Shown piece by piece: positions 55,412 to 64,000 of a stretch of DNA of 64,000 nt. Position 1 is the first letter of the stretch. Each line of letters begins with the position of its first letter. Both the position numbers and the translations under genes were made by a program. Under the pieces are notes generated by a model that saw nothing but the letters and a program-made list of their open reading frames with translations, did no database searches and was not told the DNA's origin. This stretch comes from Malacoraja senta (lineage: Eukaryota). Location of the stretch: positions 4,402,001 to 4,466,000 of the forward strand of contig CM075991.1 in the NCBI GenBank assembly GCA_038087875.1. The letters run 5' to 3'.

Positions 55412-55504
55412 AACGTGAGAAGCTTGGAAGAAGCTCTGAAAACGCACGGGTTATCCGAGTTCCACAACATCCTGGAAAGGGAGAGGTTGGATTTTGACTC
55501 GTTG
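55412..55504 (+). CDS. DDHD2: DDHD2-like coding exon 9 (SAM domain, N-terminal part)
   Basis: NVRSLEEALKTHGLSEFHNILERERLDFDSL; 93 nt; donor TTG|GTAAGA. Confidence 0.88.
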
Positions 55505-56766
55505 GTAAGATCTGTCTGAAAATTGTTTTACTCTACTTTCCCTCATTTGATGGTCTCATTCCACCAATTCTCTGGTCACCCCCGCCCCTCTGCCCAGGCC
55601 TTGGTGAGACAGCCCTCTCAATCTGTCCTTGATCGCTGCTGAGGCCACTTCAATAGATCAGCAGTTTTGCATAACGGAACTGCAGGTGTGGGTTTATACC
55701 GAAGATAGACACAAAGTGCTGGAGTATCTCATCGGGTCAGGCAGCATCTCTGGAGAAACGGGATGGGGTGACGTTTCGGGACCTTTCTTCAGACTGGTCC
55801 TTCTTCCGACACAGAATGTCACCCATCCTTTTACTCCAAGGATGCTGCTGCCTGTCCCACTTTGTGCCTATATTCAATCAATAAATCAGCACTTTGACCT
55901 CTTTTTTCCCTTTATATTTAAATAATAATCCTACCAGCTGGAGTAGACACAAGAAACTGCACGATGCCGGTTTGCATTTAACAAAAGACACAAAGAGCTG
56001 GAGTAACTCAGCGGGTCAGGGAGCATCTCCGGAGAACATGGATAGGTGATGTTTTTCTGGTGGGGAACCTTCTTCAGACTGCTTGAAGTAAGGTGGGGGG
56101 GGGAAAGCTAGAAGCGAGATGGAGGCAGGACAAAGCCTGTGATAGGCAGGGGCAGCACGGTGGCGCAGCGCCAGTGACTCGGGATCGATCCTGACTACAG
56201 GGTGCTGTCTGTGCGGAGTTTGTACGTTATCCCCGTGACCTACCTGTGTTTTCTCCACGATCTCCAGTTTCCTCCCACGCTCCAAAGATGTACATGTTTG
56301 AAGGTTAATTGGCTTTGGTGAAGACTGTAAATTGTCCCTCGTGTGTAGGGGTTCGTGGTTCAGTGACCGACGCGACTAGTGAAAGCGCTGCCGACAAACT
56401 CCTGCTGGGCACACAGTTTACAGCACGCTTTTGATGAAATCTTCACTGATTTGGAGACTAAATCAGTAAATGCAACAACAGACCACCCATCTTTAGTACG
56501 CCAAAGATTGAACCCCACCTGATAATTAGCCAGATGTTTAAGAAGTGGAAACAACTTCATATGATGTCAGGCGAGACAAACATCGTCGCTGTGTGGCGAT
56601 GTATTTTATCCACCTCTCACTTGCCAGGAAAAGACACAAAGTGATGCATTAAGCGATGCGGCCTGACCTACGGAGTTACTCCGGCACTTTGTGTCTATCT
56701 TCGTTATATACCAGCATCTGCAGTTCCTTTCTACCCACTCGGGTATTAGTTTAGCTTCATTTAGCC

Positions 56767-57500
56767 AAGTCAAGTCAAGAGTTTATTGTCATGTGTCCCA
56801 GATTGGACAATGAAATTCTTGCTTGCTGCAACACAACAGAATATTGTAGGCATAAATACAGATCAGATCAGTGTGTCCATATACCTATATATATATATAT
56901 ATATATACACTTAAATAAACTGATAAAGTGCAATAGGCTGTTATAGTTCATAGTTTGTTTGAAGTTGTGTTTGATAGCCTGATGGCTGTGGGGAAGGAGC
57001 TGTTCCTGAACCTGGATGTTGCAGATTTCAGGCTCCTGTACCTTCTACCCGATGGCAGCGGAGAGATGAGTGTGTGGCCAGGATGGTGTGGGTCCTTGAT
57101 GATGCTGCCAGCCTTTTTGAGGCAGCGACTGCGATAGATCCCCTCGATGGGTAGGGAGGTCAGAGCCGATGATGGACTGGGCAGTGTTTACGACCTTTTG
57201 CAGTCTTTTCCACTCCTGGACGCTCAGGTTGCCGTACCAAGCCATGATGCAACCGGCCAGCATGCTCTCTACTGTGTACCTGTGGAAGTTCGAGAGAGTC
57301 CTCCTTGACAAACCGACTCTCCGTAATCTTCTCAGGAAGTAGAGGCGCTGATGTGCTTTCTTTATGATTGCATCAGTGTTCTGGGACCAGGAGAGATCTT
57401 TGGAAATATGCACGCCCAGGAATTTCAAGTTCTTGACCCTTTCCATCATCGACCCGTTGATATAAATGGGACTGTGGGACCCCATCCTACCCCCTCCGAA
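56767..57500 (-). mobile_element. Rex1/Babar-type LINE 3' fragment
   Basis: LKFLGVHISKDLSWSQNTDAIIKKAHQRLYFLRRLRR...AWYGN; (CTTGA)n tail. Confidence 0.85.
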
Positions 57501-57949
57501 GTCCAGAGATTCAGGGCGGAAACAGGTCGTTCAGACCACCGTGTCCGCGCAGACCAGCGATCCCCGTACGCTACCACTATCCTACACACTAGGGACAATT
57601 TACAATTAAACCAAGCCAATTAACGTACAAACCTGTGCGCCTTTGGAGCGTGGGACAAAACCAGAGATCATGGAGAAAACCCACGCAGGTTTCGGGGGAG
57701 AACGTACGGACAAGCATCCGTAGTCAGGTTGGAACCCGGGGCTCTGGCGCTGTAAGGCAGCAACTCTACCGCTGAGCCACCGTGACGTCCCAGTTGGAGA
57801 CACGAGGGACTGCAGATGCTGGAATCCTGAACAAAACCTGGAGTAACTCAGCAGGCCAGGCAGCATCTACGGAGGGATTCTTTGGTGTAAACCAGCATCT
57901 GCCGTTCCTTTCTGTTAAATATGTAAAACAAATGTTTTCCTCTTGCCAG

Positions 57950-58045
57950 GTGTTGTGTTCCGATGCTGATCTGAAGGACTTGGGGATTCCTCTGGGACCA
58001 AGGAAGAAAATCCTTAGTTTGGCAAGGAAGTTGGCCCCTGGCCAG
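57950..58045 (+). CDS. DDHD2: DDHD2-like coding exon 10 (SAM domain, C-terminal part)
   Basis: VLCSDADLKDLGIPLGPRKKILSLARKLAPGQ; 96 nt; donor CAG|GTAAGT. Confidence 0.94.
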
Positions 58046-59017
58046 GTAAGTCGTGCTGGTCGTCTGAAGAAGGGTTTCGGCCCGAAACGTTACCTATTTC
58101 CTTCGCTCCATAGATGCTGCTGCACCCGCTGAGTTTCTCCAGCATTTTTGTGTACCTTCGATTTTCCAGCATCTGCAGTTCCTTCTTTAACAACAAGTCG
58201 TGCTGGTCGATGACTCAGTGGCGGTGTGCCGTGCTGGATCTCTGTGTAAAGTGTGGTTGGCAGGAATGTTTTCATGTACTTGAGGTGCTTGATGGTCCAA
58301 GACGCACAACCAGCGGGAGATGCCAGAGGAGGTAGTTGAGGCAGATACAGTAATAACATTCAACAGACATTGTGACAGGTGCATGGATGGGAATGGCTTA
58401 GAGGGGCATGGATCAACTGTGAGCAAATGGGACTAACTTGGATGAGGAATCTTGGTGAGCACGGACAAATTGGGATTTTTTTTGTGCTGTGCGCCTCTCC
58501 CCCGTGAATTCGTTAACTTCCCAAAATGGGGTGATGTTTGAGTTGTCACAAGTTTTAGAGTGATATGGGCCAAACCCAGGCATATGGGACTAGTGTAAAT
58601 GGGGCATGGTGGTCAGCGTGGTCGATGGGCTACAGATCCTCTTTCCACACTGTATGACTCCAGCTCTCAGTGGTTCAGATGGAAGAGAGAGACACACAGC
58701 ATGGAAATACCTTCGGGTCAACTCCCATCCTTGTAGCATGTGTGTAGGTTTCCTCTAGTGCCCTTGTTGCTATTTGTGGGATTCTCTGCCACAGAAGGCA
58801 TTGGAGGCCAATTCATTGGATGGTTTCAAGAGAGAGTTAGATATAGTTCTTGGGGCTAACGAAATATGGGGAGAAAGCAGGAACGGGGTACTGGTTTTGG
58901 ATGGCCATCCATGATCATATTGAATGGCTGTGCTGACGCAAGAGGCCTAGTGGCCTACTCCTGCACCTATTTCCCCTGTTTCTCGGTTTCTAGTCTGTGT
59001 GTGTCTCTCTTTGGCAG

Positions 59018-59185
59018 GAACGCCGGGAGGAGGAGCAGATGGGCGAGCCGGCGGTGAGGGCCATCCCCGGGAGAGTCAGTCTGCCTCCACAGGAAGGGGG
59101 CGCTGGCGAGCAGTCGCGGAGCCCCCTGGCCACCAGAGGCCTGGCTCCCCTCAACGACAAGCCAGTGGATGTCGGCATCGGGCAG
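59018..59185 (+). CDS. DDHD2: DDHD2-like coding exon 11 (linker)
   Basis: ERREEEQMGEP...NDKPVDVGIGQ, ending in the family-typical DVGIGQ; 168 nt; donor CAG|GTGAGC. Confidence 0.85.
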
Positions 59186-59645
59186 GTGAGCTGCGGCAGA
59201 CATCTCGAGCAAATGCAAACCGCTGCAAATGGCAGCAATGGCCGAAGTCCCCCAGTCCTTGCTTGGTCTTGTTTATAGAGGACGATAAGCAGCCTGCAAT
59301 CCTATGCTGGTCGGTAAACCCAACACAAGGATTTGGAAGCAAAAGAACTGCAGGTGCTGTTTTACAAAAAAAAGTACAGAGCTGGAGTAACTCAGCGGGC
59401 CAGGCAGCAACTCTGGAGAAATGGATGGCTGACGTTTCTGGTCTGGACCCCTCTTCAGACAGCACCTCAATCAAACTGAAGTTTAAACTAAACTCAATTA
59501 AAATTCAGCCCATCGCTTATGCTCCGAGCTCCACCAGACCAAGTCACTTGATCCAGCCACAGACCTTTCTCTGTAAACTTCCAAACTTATCCTCACCATT
59601 TATTTATTCATTCTTTTTCTTTTAATCCCCCCTCCCCTTCTAAAG

Positions 59646-59801
59646 GTCATGGTAAATTATCCACATCTCCGCTTCGAGCCCGAGATCTTCTTTGCCTTTG
59701 GTTCTCCCATCGGAATGTTCCTGACTGTCCGTGGCCTGAAGAGGATTGATCCCAACTACAAGTTCCCGACTTGCCGGAGATTCTTCAACATCTACCACCC
59801 C
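59646..59801 (+). CDS. DDHD2: DDHD2-like coding exon 12 (start of DDHD domain)
   Basis: [52 protein letters not shown]; 156 nt. Confidence 0.96.
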
Positions 59802-61804
59802 GTAGGTATCTGCTCCAACATCGCAGCAAGAATGATACGAGAGTGGCGGAAACGCCAATAATTGGATCGGCAGATATAACACAGAAACATAGAAAATAGG
59901 TGCAGGAGTAGGCCATTCGGTCCTTCAAGCCAGCATCGCCATTCAATATGTTCATGGCTGATCATCCAAAATCAGTACCTGATTTCTGCTTTGTCCCCCC
60001 CTATCCCTTGATTCCGTTAGCCCCACGTGGGAATATGTCTAAACTGTGGGTAGACAAAAGTGCTGGAGAAACTCAGCGGGTGCGGCAGCATCTATGGAGC
60101 GAAGGAAATAGGCAACATTTCGGGCCGAAACCCTTCTTCAGACCTGTCTAAACTGCGACCAGGTTTACCATGGGGATAACCAGCAGATACTGGGTCACAA
60201 AAGAAAACACATTGGTTGGTCTTTGGGTTGATGAGAGGACGATTTGGTTCCTCATTCCCTTTCACACGCAGGCCTGGATAGAGTGGATGTGGAGAGGATG
60301 TGGAGTTGCCACTAGTGGGAGAGACTAGGACCAGAGTTCAGAGCCTCAGAATAAAAGGACGTACCTTCAGGAAGGAGATAAGGAGGAATTTCCTTGGTCA
60401 GAGGGTGGTGAACCTGTGGAATTCATTGCCACAGAAGGCCGTGGAGGGCAAATCAGTAGATATTTTTAAGGCAGAGATTGATAGATTCTTGACTAGTATG
60501 GGTGTCGGGGGTTATGGGGAGAAAGCAGGAGAATGGGGTGGAGAGGGAGAGATAGATCAGCCATGATTGAATGGCGGAGTAGACTTGTTGTGCCGAATGG
60601 TCTAATTCTGCTCCCATCACTTGTGAACTTACGAACAAAGGAATATATAAAAACTATTGAACTGGGTAGAAAATGATTGAGCAATCTGGTGCTGGCTTCC
60701 CTTATTGGATTAGTGGTGGTACAATGGCAGCCCCAATAGAGCTGCCTCACTGTGCCAGAAACCTCGGTTCAATCCTGACCTCGGGCGCTAGTGGTGTGGA
60801 GTTTGCACGCTCTCTTTGTGACCGTGTAAGATTCCTTCTAGATGCCCCAGTTTCCTCCCACATCCCAAAGCCATGCAGTTGGTAGGTTATAGAAAGAAGC
60901 AATAGAATGCAGGTTAGTTTAGTAATACAGTGTGGAAACACGGCCTTCGGCCCACCGAGTCCACACTGACCAACAATCGCCCTGTACACTAGTTCTATCC
61001 TACTCTTTGGAAGCAATTTACAGAAGCCAAAGAACCTAAAAACCTCAAACCCGTAGTCAGGATCGAACCCAGGTCTCTGGCGCTGTGAGGCATCAACTCT
61101 ACCCGCTGCAACCACTGTGCTGGTTTACATACATTAGCTGTTGTCGTTGTCCCTCCTATGTGGGTGAATGATTAGAGTTGCAGTCGATGGGGGGGGGGGG
61201 TAGATGGGATTAATGTGAATGGGTACTTGATGGGTGGTGTTGACTTGGTGCACCAGAGGTCCTGTTTCTGTGTGGCATGAATCCGACTCCTAAACCAGCC
61301 AGGCTCATCAGAGGCTCCATCACTGTCTCCTGATCGCAACAAAGCTTTTCACTGTACCTCGGTACATGTGACAATAAACTAAACTGAACAAAACTGGATT
61401 AGTCCCTTCCTGAACGTGCAGGCTTTGAACATGGAATTGGCCCAAGGAAGGTGCAGCAGCGGTAGAGTTGCTGCCTTACACCTCCAGTGACCCAGGTTCG
61501 ATCCTGACCACAGGGTGCTGGTCTGTACCGAGTTGGTACGTTCTCCCCGTGATCTGCGTGGGTTTTCTCCGAGATCTCCAGTTTCCTCCCCCACACCCAA
61601 AGACGTACAGGTTTGTATGTTAATTGGCTTGGTATGAATAAATTGTCCCTAGTGTGTAGGATAGTGTTCATGTGCGGGGATCGCTGGTCGGCGCAGGACT
61701 CGGTGGGCCGAAGGGCCTGTTTCCGCACTGTATCTCTAAACTAAAAGGGTCGAGTTTCTCTGGTGGTGAATGCCTCTTTTTGTGTGTCCCTTGTCCCTCC
61801 ACAG

Positions 61805-61907
61805 TTTGACCCGGTGGCTTACAGACTTGAACCTATGATCGTCCCCGAGGTGGAACTGGAACCCATGCTGATCCCCCATCACAAGGGCAGGAAGAGGATG
61901 CACCTGG
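61805..61907 (+). CDS. DDHD2: DDHD2-like coding exon 13 (DDHD domain)
   Basis: [34 protein letters not shown]; 103 nt; donor G|GTAAGG. Confidence 0.96.
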
Positions 61908-62679
61908 GTAAGGCACCTGTCCTAGGTCACACCCAAACACCACTCCTCTCGATGAAGCCAAAGTCTCACCATGTTTCCCAATGACTGGCTACTGACCACA
62001 TAATAAACTTCATATGTCATAGGAGCAGAATTAGACCATTCGGCCCAATTCCGCCATTCAATCATGGCTGATCTACCTCTCCCTCTCAACCTCATTCTCC
62101 TGCCTACTCCCTGTAACCCAATCAAGAATCCGTCAATCTCCGCCTTAACTACATCCATTGACTTGGCCTCTACAGCCGTCTGTGGCAATGGATTCCAATG
62201 ACTGGCTACTGACCATATAAAGTTAATTGGTAATAGGAGCAGAATTAGGCCATTCGGCCCCACCGAGTCTGCTCCGCCATTCTATCATGGCTGATAGAAT
62301 CTTTCCCGCAACTCCATTCTCCTGGAGCCTTTGACATCCTTACTAATCCATAATCTGTCAATCTTCCCTTTAAAAATGCCCAATTACTTGGCATCCGCAG
62401 CCCTCTGTGGCAGTGAATTCCACAGATTCACCACCCCTGTGATTAAAGAAATACCCTCCTCATCTCCTTTTTATTTCCTCCCCATTGCCTCTGGTCCTAG
62501 ACCTCCCATTAGTGGACACATCCTCTCCACATCCACTCTATCCAGGCCTTTCACTATTCAGCATCTCTCGGGGAACATGGATAAGGTGATGTTTCGGGTC
62601 AGGATTCTTTAGACTTCGTGGATGGGCGACGATTTGAGTCGGGACCCTTGTTTTTTTTACACTACCCAGACGGATCCCA

Positions 62680-62970
62680 ACACAAAACGTCACCTATCCA
62701 AGTTCTCCAGAGATGCTGCTTGGCCCGCTGAGTTACTCCAGCACTCTGTGTCCTTTTTTGTAAAGCAGCATCTGCAGTTCTTTTGTTACTAACTCCTTTT
62801 GTTGGGTTTTACTGAGCCAGCAGTCCTTGACAGTCTGTAAACGAGACCAAACAAGGACATTGGTGGACATCGACCATTGCTGCCATTTGTAGCTTGCGTC
62901 TGCTCGAGATGTCCGCTCTCGTCCCCGCGACTCCACAGGTTGCCAAGGCTCACCTGCCCGATGCCGACAT
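62680..62970 (-). repeat. Inverted diverged duplicate of 59169-59450 (exon end, donor and intron start)
   Basis: 62948-62970 is the exact reverse complement of 59169-59191. Similarity continues through ACATCTCGAGCA, AAATGGCAGCAATGG and GTCCTTG.TTGGTCT into the adjoining pLTR module. Confidence 0.85.
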
Positions 62971-63624
62971 TGTGAGCAAATTTGGGCACCATATCTGAGG
63001 AAGGATGTGTTAGCTCTGGAGAGGGTCCAGAGGAGGTTTACAAGAATGATCCCAAGAACGAGTAGGTGAACCTGTGACGAGCGTTTGTTCGGCACTGGGC
63101 CTGCACTCGCTAGAGTTTGAAGAATGAGGGGGGACACCTCATTGAAACACACAGAATAGTGAAAGGCTTGGATAGGGTGGATGTGGAGAGGATGTTTCCA
63201 CTTGTGGGAGAGTCTAGGACTAGAGGTCACAGCCTCAGAATTAAAGGACGGGTTTTTCAGAAGAAGATGAGGAGAAATTTCCTTTAGTCAGAGGGTGGTG
63301 AATCTGGAATTCTTTGCCACAGAAGGCTGTGGAGGCCAAGTCAGTGGATATTTTTAAGGCAGAGGTAGATAGATTCTTGATTAGTACAGTTATCTGAGAT
63401 GGGGTTAGGAGGGTGAGATAGATCAGCCACATTGAATTCTACTCCTATCACTTATGACGTCGACTGGCTTGAGTTGTGTCTCTCTTTGGACAAGTCATAA
63501 ATGTAGTGATGGGATAGCAGCCTAGAGGGGCTGAATGGGCGTCCCCCGACTGCTGGGACTTGTGCGTTGGGCTTGGTTTATGTTTTCATCGTGCTTTCCT
63601 CATCGTCTCTTTGCTTGTCGACAG

Positions 63625-63793
63625 AAACTGAAGGACAGCTTGACCCGGATGGGCTCGGACCTGAAGAACGGCTTGTTCTGCTCCCTCCGCAACGCCTGGC
63701 TCTCCTTCAACCCGCGTCCAGCTGCCCGTGGCCCAGCTGCTGCCCGACCCCGCCCCGCAGCCAGCAGCCAGGCGGCGCCCAGAGAGAGCGCAG
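63625..63793 (+). CDS. DDHD2: DDHD2-like coding exon 14 (phase anomaly at acceptor; gene continues beyond the window)
   Basis: LKDSLTRMGSDLKNGLFCSLRNAWLSF...; the acceptor acag|AAACTG has one A more than the phase-1 junction needs. The donor at 63793 (G|GTGGGG) is tentative. Confidence 0.75.
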
Positions 63794-64000
63794 GTGGGGC
63801 CTTCTGCGGCCGGCGGCGTCCGCGCGCCACAGCCCCAGCCGCCACACCCTGCCACAAACACCGCTCGCTCCCAGGAACCGTCCGGACACTCCGCTCATTG
63901 TCCATGCGGAATATGTAGATCCAAGGAACTTCAGGTGCGGGTTTACACAAACTGACACGAAGTGCTGGAGTAACCCAGCGGCTCAGACGGCATCTCTGGA

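Noticed and set aside
39548..63793. Calling the plus-strand gene SEC23IP
   Set aside because: Most diagnostic segments (LMxHx[50 protein letters not shown]) fit DDHD2 better. A phylogeny is still needed for certainty.

Overview
Repeat-rich vertebrate genomic DNA. The repeat families (HE1-type tRNA/V-SINEs, HER1/CR1 LINEs, Penelope-like elements) point to a cartilaginous fish, probably a skate or ray (inference). The window holds two divergently transcribed protein-coding genes. (1) A complete, intact 7-exon MMP21-family metalloproteinase on the minus strand (ATG 25617 to TGA 14356; 1818-nt CDS, 605 aa) with signal peptide, PRCGVPD switch, furin sites, [11 protein letters not shown] zinc motif and hemopexin repeats. 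(2) Most of a DDHD2-like intracellular phospholipase A1 on the plus strand (CpG-rich promoter near 34.4 kb; 14 coding exons traced from 39548 to 63793; the 3' end runs off the window). The MMP21-like gene sits next to DDHD2 rather than SEC23IP, so it may be a whole-genome-duplication paralogue of MMP21. The DDHD2-like gene has a Pro-rich N-terminal extension, an apparently fused exon, two single-base frame disruptions (likely assembly errors) and an inverted copy of one exon end plus its donor site. The rest is SINE, LINE, Penelope, MITE and Helitron-like repeats, many Penelope-type minimal hammerhead ribozyme motifs, and long microsatellites. Comparisons with human proteins and exon sizes are from memory, not from a search.
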